Shown: positions 30,220 to 38,953 of the stretch, one piece after another
Position numbering within the stretch: the first letter of the stretch is position 1
Layout of the letters: each line of letters opens with the position of its first letter
DNA from: an uncultured Alphaproteobacteria bacterium
Lineage (GTDB): Bacteria > Pseudomonadota > Alphaproteobacteria > HIMB59 > GCA-002718135
Assembly: GCA_902623585.1 (NCBI GenBank)
Contig: CACNUO010000004.1
Span: 2,479 to 66,478 of the forward strand
Direction of reading: 5' to 3'
DNA: 64,000 nucleotides
Made by a program: the position numbers and the translations under genes
Notes under the pieces: generated by a model
Databases searched by the model: none
Told to the model about the DNA's origin: nothing
The model's input: only the letters and a program-made list of their open reading frames with translations

Positions 30220-31481
30220 TGCATAATATTAATTTTATCAGAGAAAATCCAACAGAGTTTGATAATTATATGAAACAAAGAGGTGAGCATCCAATATCAA
30301 ATAAAATATTAGAACTAGATAAAGTTAAAAGAGAAACTCAGACTGTTCTTCAGAGCCTTTTAGCAGATAGAAACTCTATTTCTAAAAATATTGGTAAACT
30401 TAAAAGTGAAAATAAAGATGCTTCATCAGAAATGAATAAAGTTGATGAAATTAAAAATAAAATTAATAATTTAAAGGAACTTGAGACTATTAAAGATGAG
30501 GAGCTAAAAACTATCCTCTCAAGACTTCCAAATATAGCTGATAAGACTGTACCTATAGGAAGCAATGAAGCAGACAATACAAAATATAGAGAATGGGGCG
30601 AAAAACCAAAATTTGATTTTAATCCTAAAACTCATTTTGAATTAGGGGAAAATTTAGGTTTAATGAATTTTGAAACTGCATCTAAATTATCAGGATCTAG
30701 ATTTGTTTTATTAAAAAATCAACTTTCTAAGCTGGAAAGAGCAATTGCAAATTTTATGTTAGATAAGCATACGAATGAAAATGGTTATATTGAATATAAT
30801 TTACCTTTTTTGGTTAAAGATTCCGCTCTTTTTGGAACAGGGCAATTACCTAAATTTGGTGAAGATTTATTTACTGCTGGGGAAGATCATTGGTTAATAC
30901 CAACTGCTGAAGTTCCTTTAACAAACATGGTTAGAGAGGAAATACTTAACCAAAATCAATTACCCATGAGAGTAACTTCTTATACACCATGTTTTAGATC
31001 AGAGGCTGGTGCTGCTGGTAAGGATACTCGCGGTATGTTAAGACAGCATCAATTTACTAAAGTTGAATTAGTTTCAATAGTAGAGCCGCAGCATTCACAA
31101 GATGAATTAGAAAGAATGCTTGAAAGCGCTGAGAGTATTCTTCAAGATTTAAATATTCATTATAGGATTATGACTTTGTGTACTGGTGATATGGGCTTTT
31201 CAGCATCAAAAACATACGATATTGAAGTGTGGCTTCCAGGTGAAAATACTTATAGAGAAATTTCAAGCTGCTCAAATTGTAATGATTTTCAAGCTAGAAG
31301 AATGAATACAAGATATAAATTAGAAAATAAAAATATTTTTGTTCATACACTTAATGGATCCGGCTTAGCAGTAGGAAGAACACTAATTGCTATTCTTGAA
31401 AATTATCAAATGAAAGATGGAAATATTAAAATTCCAGAAGTTTTGAAAAAATATTTCAATAATTCTGATACTCTTATCTAG
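30219..31481 (+). CDS. serS: Serine--tRNA ligase
   Basis: GTGQLPKF, LIPTAEVP, FRSEAG, RQHQFTKVE, EISSCSN, TLNGSGLAVGR. Confidence 0.97.
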   Translation: MHNINFIRENPTEFDNYMKQRGEHPISNKILELDKVKRETQTVLQSLLADRNSISKNIGKLKSENKDASSEMNKVDEIKNKINNLKELETIKDEELKTILSRLPNIADKTVPIGSNEADNTKYREWGEKPKFDFNPKTHFELGENLGLMNFETASKLSGSRFVLLKNQLSKLERAIANFMLDKHTNENGYIEYNLPFLVKDSALFGTGQLPKFGEDLFTAGEDHWLIPTAEVPLTNMVREEILNQNQLPMRVTSYTPCFRSEAGAAGKDTRGMLRQHQFTKVELVSIVEPQHSQDELERMLESAESILQDLNIHYRIMTLCTGDMGFSASKTYDIEVWLPGENTYREISSCSNCNDFQARRMNTRYKLENKNIFVHTLNGSGLAVGRTLIAILENYQMKDGNIKIPEVLKKYFNNSDTLI

Positions 31482-32107
31482 TGCTTGATGTAAGGAAAAT
31501 AAGATTAATACTCGAGTTACGAGAGTCAGGTATTAGTAATGCTGAAGTTCTCTCTGCAATTGAAAAAATTCCAAGAGAAAAGTTTATTAGTGAAGCTTAC
31601 AGAAATCAAGCTTATGAAAATATAGCTTTGCCAATTGAAAATAATCAAACAATTAGTCAACCCTACGTTGTAGCAAGGATGACTGAATTACTTGATGTAA
31701 AAAGTAACCACAAGGTATTAGAAATAGGCACTGGTAGTGGATATCAGTGTGCAGTATTATCAATTTTGGCAAGGCGTGTGTACACTATTGAAAGAATTAA
31801 AAATTTACATGAAGGTTCTAATAATATTTTTGAGAAATTAAAATTAACTAATATTGTTTCAAAATACGATGATGGTAATAATGGTTGGATTGAACAAATA
31901 CCTTTTGATAGAATAATATTTACAGCAGCATCAAAAAAAATAAATAATGAAATTTTTTCTCATATTGAAAATGAAGGAATTATTGTTTGTCCTATTGTTA
32001 AAAATAATAAGCAAATACTTGTAAAATATATAAAACAAAATAATAAAATTATTACTGAAGAATATGATGATGTTTTATTTGTTCCAAATCTTCAAGGTGT
32101 AGTATAG
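31481..32107 (+). CDS. pcm: Protein-L-isoaspartate(D-aspartate) O-methyltransferase
   Basis: QTISQPYVV, VLEIGTGSGYQ, PFDRIIFTA, FVP. Confidence 0.92.
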   Translation: MLDVRKIRLILELRESGISNAEVLSAIEKIPREKFISEAYRNQAYENIALPIENNQTISQPYVVARMTELLDVKSNHKVLEIGTGSGYQCAVLSILARRVYTIERIKNLHEGSNNIFEKLKLTNIVSKYDDGNNGWIEQIPFDRIIFTAASKKINNEIFSHIENEGIIVCPIVKNNKQILVKYIKQNNKIITEEYDDVLFVPNLQGVV

Positions 32108-33465
32108 CTACTTTGAATATTTCGAATTTTATTTGAAGAATAAAAATAATATAAGATACCAATTATCCAATGAACAAGAGTTAACCCAATAAACATATAG
32201 ATATAGTTTTCTTCTATAAAATTATTTACAAATAATATTACAATTATAGGCACTAATACAAACCTAAGTATGGCCATATACATTACTATTATTGCTTTTT
32301 TTAGGCCTTGGAATGAAGCATTAGAAATAAAGAAGAATGGAAAAGCCGGAAAACCAAGTGCGTATATTTTAAGATATATTGATCCATAGTAAATTACTTC
32401 CTTATCATCAGTAAATAATCTCATTGAATCTTCTGCAGTTATAAATAAAATTAATCCTGCGATAGTTAATATTATTACACCAGTAATCATAGCTTTATTA
32501 TAAGTTTCTAAAATTCTTTCATAGTTTTTAGCACCAAAATTCTGACCCACAATTGCGGTTACTGCTGTACTTAATCCTAACAAGGGTAGGAAAAGCAGTT
32601 GTTCGTATCTTCCAGCTGAGGAAAAACCTGCAATTGCATCATTACCAAAACGACTGACAAAAAATAATAATATATATGATCCGAGAGCAATCATCATCAA
32701 TCCTAATGCCGCTGGAATAGCCTGAAATGAAATTTCCTTAATTAAACTTAATTTAGGAATTAAATAATTATTTTTAAAGTTTTCAAAAATCTCTGTTCTA
32801 TAAATTTTATATAATAAATATAACAGACCAATTATTTGAGAGAGTATGGTAGCTATTGCTATTCCAGTTATACCCATTGGCATAAATAATTCAAAATTAA
32901 TTATTTTTCCTGTAATTAATATTGGATTTAAAATTATATTAAGAAAAAAACTAAAAATTAAAACATTTCTATAACTTTTTGTATCTCCTTGAGCTGATAA
33001 ACAAGAATTACATACCATGAGTAAAAGAATTATGATTGATCCTAAATAAATTACGTTCATATATAATGACGAAAGTTTTAGGGTTTTTGGATCATCATTT
33101 ATAGATTCTAAAATTATGTTTCCAAAATAAAGTCCAAAAATAGTTATACCTAAGCCTACTAAAATTGTTACAACAAAAGATTGTGAAAATGCATGACTTG
33201 CTTTTTTAATATTTTTTTCTCCTAAAGAATTAGCAACATTACTTGTTGTAGCTATGCTGAGTCCTATTCCAAGTGCAATAATTATAAAATATACAGGAAA
33301 TGTTTGACCAATAGCTGCTAAAGCTGTTTCAGAAATCATTCTACCTGCAAAAATAGTATCAACTAAAGAATAGAGATTATTAAATATAGTTCCAATTGAG
33401 GCTGGCAAAGCAATTTTTATAAATAACTTATAGATATCTTCATCAAGTAAATTAATTTTTTTCAT
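32092..33465 (-). CDS. MATE family efflux transporter
   Basis: LYSLVDTIFAG, QGDTK, NIILNPILI, VGQNFGAK; about 12 TM segments. Confidence 0.9.
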   Translation of the reverse strand: MKKINLLDEDIYKLFIKIALPASIGTIFNNLYSLVDTIFAGRMISETALAAIGQTFPVYFIIIALGIGLSIATTSNVANSLGEKNIKKASHAFSQSFVVTILVGLGITIFGLYFGNIILESINDDPKTLKLSSLYMNVIYLGSIIILLLMVCNSCLSAQGDTKSYRNVLIFSFFLNIILNPILITGKIINFELFMPMGITGIAIATILSQIIGLLYLLYKIYRTEIFENFKNNYLIPKLSLIKEISFQAIPAALGLMMIALGSYILLFFVSRFGNDAIAGFSSAGRYEQLLFLPLLGLSTAVTAIVGQNFGAKNYERILETYNKAMITGVIILTIAGLILFITAEDSMRLFTDDKEVIYYGSIYLKIYALGFPAFPFFFISNASFQGLKKAIIVMYMAILRFVLVPIIVILFVNNFIEENYIYMFIGLTLVHWIIGILYYFYSSNKIRNIQSSYTTP

Positions 33466-33467
33466 AT

Positions 33468-34298
33468 TTATAAATATCTTAATTTAAACCTAGTACTATT
33501 TTCCTCTTGTTTTAAAATATCTTGAATTTCATGTATTACCTCTTTGAGGTTTTTCATTATAGATCTATTTGAAAAATTTATTAATAATAAGCCACTTCCT
33601 TGCATTCCAACATTGTCTCCATATTTCATAATAGGAACTTCAACATTGATAATATTACTTATACCTTTTTTTCTAATATTCTGAATAAAGGAGTCATTTT
33701 CTAAAATATTCAAAACTGGATACCATATTATGATTTTGGAATTTGAAAATAAATTATCAATATTATTTAGAATCTCTTCTACTTTTTCAAAATCATCCTT
33801 TATTTCATATGATGGATCTATAAATACAAAATAATTATTTTCTTTATTAACTTTATTAAATATAAAGTTAAATCCATCAGCATTTAAAATTTTAGCATTG
33901 GTATATTTGTGTAAGTTTTTTTTTAATAATTCATATTCATTATTGTGTAGTTCACAAAAAAATAATTTATCTTTTTCATTAGCTATGGACGAAATAAATA
34001 TAGGTGATCCAGGATAAAAATTATTTTTTCCAGTAATTTTAGAAATAGTTGAAAGATAATTTCTAATTAAAACATTATTACCTTTGTAATTTTGTATCTT
34101 TTTAATTCCTTCTTTATACTCTTTATTTTTATCCATATACTTTGATATATATTTATAAATTCCATTACCAGAATGAGTATCAACATAAATTATTGAATTA
34201 TTTACCTTTTTTTCAAGATTATATAAGTAAAGCATTATAATGTGTTTCATAACATCTGCATGATTTCCAGCATGATATCCGTGTTTATAGCTAAGCAT
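33468..34298 (-). CDS. rlmJ: 23S rRNA m6A2030 methyltransferase
   Basis: MLSYKHGYHAGNHADVMKH, DTHSG, YPGSP, FIDPSYE, WYP. Confidence 0.92.
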   Translation of the reverse strand: MLSYKHGYHAGNHADVMKHIIMLYLYNLEKKVNNSIIYVDTHSGNGIYKYISKYMDKNKEYKEGIKKIQNYKGNNVLIRNYLSTISKITGKNNFYPGSPIFISSIANEKDKLFFCELHNNEYELLKKNLHKYTNAKILNADGFNFIFNKVNKENNYFVFIDPSYEIKDDFEKVEEILNNIDNLFSNSKIIIWYPVLNILENDSFIQNIRKKGISNIINVEVPIMKYGDNVGMQGSGLLLINFSNRSIMKNLKEVIHEIQDILKQEENSTRFKLRYL

Positions 34299-34424
34299 AA
34301 AAATAAAAAAAATTGTTGAAATTAATTTCTTATTAGTTATTTAAAGTATTAAATTAATCAATATACAATATTTATATAAGTTAAATAAATTTAATCCCCC
34401 AATAATAAATAAGGAGAATAAAAT

Positions 34425-34628
34425 ATGCCAAGTGGTAAAATTAAATGGTTTAATCCGACCAAAGGTTATGGATTTATAGAAAATGATGATGGAGGAAAAG
34501 ATGTTTTTCTTCATGTTTCAGCTTTAGAAGCTGCTGGTATTGATACTTTAGAAGAAGGTATGCCAGTTGAATTTGAAATCGGTGAAAACCGTGGAAAAGA
34601 AAACGCTATTAATATTAAGAAAAAATAA
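34425..34628 (+). CDS. cspA: Cold-shock protein
   Basis: [23 protein letters not shown]; AAGGAGA RBS. Confidence 0.95.
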   Translation: MPSGKIKWFNPTKGYGFIENDDGGKDVFLHVSALEAAGIDTLEEGMPVEFEIGENRGKENAINIKKK

Positions 34629-34635
34629 TATTTAA

Positions 34636-34863
34636 TTGAATTCAAACAAACTTTTAGAATGGATTGGCGTAACTACAGCAATCCTTTATTCCCTACTAGT
34701 TGCATTTAACATTGGATTAGAATTTATTGGCTTTTCATTATTATTGCTATCAGCAGTGTTAATTGGAATCTGGGCCTATAAATTAAAACATAATGGAATA
34801 TTGTTTTTACAATTTTTTTACGCTGGTGCAGGTATTATAGGAATGTATAGATGGTTTGGATAA
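34636..34863 (+). CDS. Small hypothetical membrane protein (about 3 TM)
   Basis: 75-aa hydrophobic ORF filling the gap between cspA and the next gene; TTG start; pattern LEWIG...GIIGMYRW. Confidence 0.65.
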   Translation: MNSNKLLEWIGVTTAILYSLLVAFNIGLEFIGFSLLLLSAVLIGIWAYKLKHNGILFLQFFYAGAGIIGMYRWFG

Positions 34864-35099
34864 AAATATTTTTTTTATTTTTACTTTTAGATTCTTCAAT
34901 TGCATATTCTTCTGAATTAAATGAAGAAGAAGAAATGTACTTTAATTTTGTTGATTTAAATAATGATGGAGTTATTTCCTATGAAGAAATTGAACAATCA
35001 TTAAATTTACTCTTTCAAATCATAGATCTGAATCAAGATAATAAAATTTCTCAAAATGAGATAAATGAATTAAAAGGCATAATTGAAACTTTAAGATGA
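34851..35099 (+). CDS. Secreted EF-hand protein
   Basis: Signal-like N-terminus plus two EF-hand loops, DLNNDGVISYEE and DLNQDNKISQNE. Confidence 0.78.
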   Translation: MVWIKIFFLFLLLDSSIAYSSELNEEEEMYFNFVDLNNDGVISYEEIEQSLNLLFQIIDLNQDNKISQNEINELKGIIETLR

Positions 35100-35839
35100 G
35101 TATTTGGGGAAGAGTTATAGGCGGAGCAGCAGGATTTGCTTTAGGAGGACCTATAGGGGCTATCTTAGGTGTAATGGCTGGTGGTGCTTTTGACAGAAGA
35201 TCTCAATCAAAATCATCATTTAACTTCAATCGAATAAATAATAATCAAAAACAACAAATTTTTACATTAAGTTTTATTATTCTAGCTGCAAAATTAGCTA
35301 AATCAGATGGCATTGTATCAGATGATGAAATAAGAGCATTTAAAGAAAAATTTAAAGTTCCAAAATCTGAAATTCCTAAAGTTGCAAAAATATTCAATGA
35401 GGCAAAAAAAGATACGTATGGTTATAAACAAATAGCAAATCAAGTAGGAGATTTATTTTCAGCTAATAAAATTTTATTGGAAGAATTATTAAATAATTTA
35501 TTTTATATTGCTGCATCTGATGGAAAGGTATCTATTAGTGAAATAGATTTTTTAAGATCAATTTCTAAATCGTTTAAATTTAGTGAAAAAGATTTTCAAA
35601 GAATTTTTCAATCAAATTTAAAAAATAGTGAATCTGATCCTTACAAAATATTGGGTGTGAATCGATCAAGCACTGATAATGAGATAAGAAAAAAATGGAT
35701 AAAATTAAATAAAGAACATCACCCAGATAATTTAATTGCCAAAGGTATGCCTAAAGAATTTATTAAACAATCTAATAAAGAATTAGCGGCAATTAATATC
35801 GCTTACGATAAAATTAAAGAAATTAGAGGAATTTCTTGA
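35096..35839 (+). CDS. djlA: DjlA co-chaperone (TerB-like domain + J domain)
   Basis: GGPIGAILG N-terminal anchor, KLAKSDG, DPYKILGV...HHPD. Confidence 0.9.
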   Translation: MSIWGRVIGGAAGFALGGPIGAILGVMAGGAFDRRSQSKSSFNFNRINNNQKQQIFTLSFIILAAKLAKSDGIVSDDEIRAFKEKFKVPKSEIPKVAKIFNEAKKDTYGYKQIANQVGDLFSANKILLEELLNNLFYIAASDGKVSISEIDFLRSISKSFKFSEKDFQRIFQSNLKNSESDPYKILGVNRSSTDNEIRKKWIKLNKEHHPDNLIAKGMPKEFIKQSNKELAAINIAYDKIKEIRGIS

Positions 35840-36807
35840 TACCTAAAGATTTATCTGTCGATAATATTAGTAAAATTTATAATAAAATTAGACCATTTAT
35901 TAATCAAACCCCTTTTTTAAAGTGTCCTGACGATATTGATAATTATTTTTCTACAAATTTATTTTTTAAATGCGAATTTTTACAAAAATCTGGTTCATTT
36001 AAGGCAAGAGGTGCTATTAATAATATAATTTCTCAAGATCAGAATAAATTTAATAAAGGAATTACAGCAGTTAGTGCTGGAAATCATGCGATAGCTGCTT
36101 CATTTGTGGCCAATCAATTTAAATTGAAAAATAAAATTTTCTTATACGAAAGTGCAAATAAATATAGAGTTCAAACTTGTAAAAATTATGGTGCTAACAT
36201 TATTTTTACAAATCCAAAACAAGCTTTTCTTGATGCTGAAAATGCTAAAAATGAAGGTTATTATTTTATTCACCCTTTTGACGGCCCATTGACATTACAA
36301 GGTAGCGCTACCTTGGGATTAGAAATTGTAGAATATTTAAAATTAATTAATACTAAAATTGACAATTTACTAATTTCAGTTGGAGGAGGGGGATTAATAA
36401 GTGGCGTTTCATCTTATGTAAAACAATTTTATCCTAAGATCAAAATTATTGGTGTTGAGCCTGAAAATGCTAATGGTTTAAATCAAAGTTTAAGAGCTAA
36501 CAAACCACTAAATAATGTTAATGTAAATAGTATTGCTGACAGCCTTTCAGCACCTTTACATATGCAATATTCTTTTGATGTAGCAAAAGAAGTAATTGAT
36601 GAAATGGTAACTGTTTCTGATGATCAAATGAAAAAATTTATGGTTTTTTGTTATAAAAAATTTAAGTTATTTCTTGAGCCCGCATGTGTTGCTGGACTCG
36701 CTGCTTTAAAATATAAAATTAATAATAAGCTTATTGGCAAAAATACAATGGTGATATTGTGTGGCTCAAATATTGATAAAAAAACTTGGTCAGATTTAAC
36801 TAATTAA
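35836..36807 (+). CDS. Threonine/serine dehydratase family PLP enzyme (no regulatory domain)
   Basis: KCEFLQKSGSFKARGA, SAGNHA, IHPFD, VGGGGL, LEPAC, LCGSN. Confidence 0.87.
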   Translation: MIPKDLSVDNISKIYNKIRPFINQTPFLKCPDDIDNYFSTNLFFKCEFLQKSGSFKARGAINNIISQDQNKFNKGITAVSAGNHAIAASFVANQFKLKNKIFLYESANKYRVQTCKNYGANIIFTNPKQAFLDAENAKNEGYYFIHPFDGPLTLQGSATLGLEIVEYLKLINTKIDNLLISVGGGGLISGVSSYVKQFYPKIKIIGVEPENANGLNQSLRANKPLNNVNVNSIADSLSAPLHMQYSFDVAKEVIDEMVTVSDDQMKKFMVFCYKKFKLFLEPACVAGLAALKYKINNKLIGKNTMVILCGSNIDKKTWSDLTN

Positions 36808-37910
36808 TCTGGAAAATATAAAATACCACCACTTAAATTTTTTTTCACACCCGTAGTATTTATATTACTTATATCTAAATTTTTAAATGATCTCATGCCA
36901 ATATATGCAAACATTTGAGCTTCTACTAAATCACCATTTATTTTATATTTATCAATAAGTTCAATTTTTTTATTCAGTTTATTCATTAATATTTCTTTCA
37001 GTAATTTATTTTTTCTTCCTCCTCCAGTAAGTAAAATTCTTTCAATTTTAAATTTTTTATTTTTTAATAATTCTTTAAATCCAATATATGTCATGTAGTT
37101 AGCAGTCATTAGCGCATCATATTTGTTCAATTTAATTAGCTTATTAAAATAATTTCTAAAATAATTTCTATCTAATGATTTTGGGAACTTTTTTTTAAAG
37201 AATTTGTCTTTTTTGAATTTTTCGATTAATTTATTATTAATCTTACCTTTTCTTGCATAATTTCCATCATTATCAAATTTTTTTTTAAAAAAATAATTGC
37301 AAAGATCATCACTTAAGCAATTTGCAGGCCCTATATCCGATGATAATAATGTTCTTGAAACTATAGTTGAAAAATTTGCTATACCTCCAAGATTTACTAT
37401 AATCGCTTTTTCCTTAAATTTTTGTATTAAAAACTTATGATAATATGATCCAATTGGTGCTCCTTGACCACCATTTTTAATATCATTATCTCTTAAATTA
37501 CTTATAGTTTTAACTTTAAGATTTTTTGCAATTTTTTTTCCATTTCCTAACTGAATTGATATTTTATTTGATGGGTCGTGGTAAACAGTCTGTCCACTAA
37601 TTGATATTAAATCGATATTTTTTTTATTAATTTTTTTTTGTTTCAGAAATAAAATTATTTTTTTTTCTAAAATATCTGTAACGAAATCATCTTTTTTTAA
37701 AAAATATTCTTTAATTTTATTATTAGTTTTTGGTTTATTTAATATCAGATTGTTTATTGTATTTTGATAATTTTTATCAAATTTATATGATTTTTCACAT
37801 TTAATTTTTACAAAGTCAGTCCCATTTGTATTAATCAAACTGATATCAACACCATCCATTGACGTGCCTGTCATAACTCCTAAGACATTAAGTTTTGAAT
37901 TTTTACTCAT
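36804..37910 (-). CDS. anmK: Anhydro-N-acetylmuramic acid kinase
   Basis: GVMTGTSMDGVD, GQTVYH, GGQGAP, NLGGIAN, DIGPAN, KSLDR, GGGRKN. Confidence 0.92.
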   Translation of the reverse strand: MSKNSKLNVLGVMTGTSMDGVDISLINTNGTDFVKIKCEKSYKFDKNYQNTINNLILNKPKTNNKIKEYFLKKDDFVTDILEKKIILFLKQKKINKKNIDLISISGQTVYHDPSNKISIQLGNGKKIAKNLKVKTISNLRDNDIKNGGQGAPIGSYYHKFLIQKFKEKAIIVNLGGIANFSTIVSRTLLSSDIGPANCLSDDLCNYFFKKKFDNDGNYARKGKINNKLIEKFKKDKFFKKKFPKSLDRNYFRNYFNKLIKLNKYDALMTANYMTYIGFKELLKNKKFKIERILLTGGGRKNKLLKEILMNKLNKKIELIDKYKINGDLVEAQMFAYIGMRSFKNLDISNINTTGVKKNLSGGILYFPD

Positions 37911-37995
37911 TTTTAATCAAATTTAATTTTACACATTTTATTAACAAACATATCAACAAAAAAAGATTAATTAGTTTTAAAAATACATTTTTTTA

Positions 37996-38024
37996 TTGAT
38001 TGATAAATAACAAATAGATAGATT
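37996..38024 (+). promoter_or_regulatory. Candidate sigma70 promoter for the intergenic RNA
   Basis: TTGATT(37996-38001)-N17-TAGATT(38019-38024). Predicted +1 near 38031, the base of the first hairpin. Confidence 0.55.
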
Positions 38025-38030
38025 ATTTTT

Positions 38031-38145
38031 AATTATTACACGCAAAGGTAATAATCAATTTAATAAAAGGAAACGATTATTAAATTGTATCGGGAGGAAA
38101 TGCACGATACACAAAAGGGACCTAGCTTGCTGGGTCCTTTTTTTT
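38031..38145 (+). ncRNA. Candidate small RNA / structured leader of unknown family
   Basis: Three abutting Watson-Crick hairpins (38032-38055, 38056-38087, 38088-38109) followed by an intrinsic terminator; no convincing ORF. Confidence 0.65.
38113..38145 (+). terminator. Rho-independent terminator
   Basis: AAAAGGGACCTAG-CTTG-CTGGGTCC-T8. Two G-U wobble pairs form only on the + strand. Confidence 0.85.
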
Positions 38146-38188
38146 GTTTTATAGACAAATCTAATAAATAAAGTATCAGACATTCATA

Positions 38189-38761
38189 ATGATAACAAAT
38201 TATGAAAGAATTTTAGATATTATTTTAGATGATCTTATACCATTAACAAAAATTTCAATTAATGAAGGAAATAAAATATTTGGTGGATTTATTGTTAAAA
38301 AATCTGACCTAAGTCTTGTTTGTCTAGGTACAAACCAGGAAATCAAAAATCCTTTATTTCATGGGGAAATTTCTACTCTTTTTAAATTATTTGAAAAAAA
38401 ACTATTTAATACAAAAGATTATTATTTCATAAGTACACATCAGCCTTGTTCTATGTGTTTATCAGCTATAACGTGGGCCGGATTTGACAATTTTTATTAT
38501 TTTTTTTCTTATACTGACACAAAAGAAGGTTTTCATATTCCGCACGATCTTAAAATTTTGATGGAGGTGTTTAAGATCAAAGATGGTAAATACAATATTA
38601 ATAATGATTATTGGGAAAGTTACTCAATTTTATCAGAAATTAAAAGATTAGGCATAGAGGACTCATTATTAGATAAAATTTATCAGATCAAAGAAGAGTA
38701 CCAAAAAATGTCAGAAATTTATCAAAAATCAAAAATTGATAATAAAATACCTCTAAATTAA
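38189..38761 (+). CDS. Nucleoside/nucleobase deaminase (cytidine deaminase superfamily)
   Basis: GNKIFGG, PLFHGE, HQPCSMC zinc motifs. Confidence 0.85.
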   Translation: MITNYERILDIILDDLIPLTKISINEGNKIFGGFIVKKSDLSLVCLGTNQEIKNPLFHGEISTLFKLFEKKLFNTKDYYFISTHQPCSMCLSAITWAGFDNFYYFFSYTDTKEGFHIPHDLKILMEVFKIKDGKYNINNDYWESYSILSEIKRLGIEDSLLDKIYQIKEEYQKMSEIYQKSKIDNKIPLN

Positions 38762-38793
38762 TTGTTAAATTATAAAAAAAAGTATACAAATAA

Positions 38794-38936
38794 TTAACGG
38801 GAGATACTGAAATTTCAGAGCCGAAGGAGCAACGACCCGGAAACTCTCAGGCACAATGGACCGTTAAAAAAAACTCTGGAAAAGAGCATTTAGCTCTACC
38901 GAAGGTGAAAAGCTCTCAGGTAAAAAGACAGAGGGG
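38794..38936 (+). promoter_or_regulatory. Tandem glycine riboswitch
   Basis: Two aptamers: GGAGA...GCCGAAGGAGCAA...CTCTCAGGC...GGAC and CTCTGGAAA...ACCGAAGG...CTCTCAGGT...GACAGAG; immediately upstream of gcvT. Confidence 0.95.
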
Positions 38937-38953
38937 TAGCTTGGAGAATTTAT

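Noticed and set aside
34299-34424. CtrA boxes (TTAA-N7-TTAA) in this and other intergenic regions
   Set aside because: The candidates I checked had 5-, 6- or 8-nt spacing, and TTAA is too frequent here to be informative.
38031-38145. CRISPR array, or a minus-strand cuckoo/AbcR-type sRNA
   Set aside because: The hairpins are not identical repeats and no cas genes are present. The minus strand does show TTTCCTCCC, but the terminator wobble pairs, the T-tract and the promoter all favour the + strand.
38100-38171. 23-aa peptide ORF (MHDTQKGPSLLGPFFCFIDKSNK) after GGAGG in the candidate sRNA
   Set aside because: SD-to-ATG spacing is only 2 nt and the frame runs through the intrinsic terminator.
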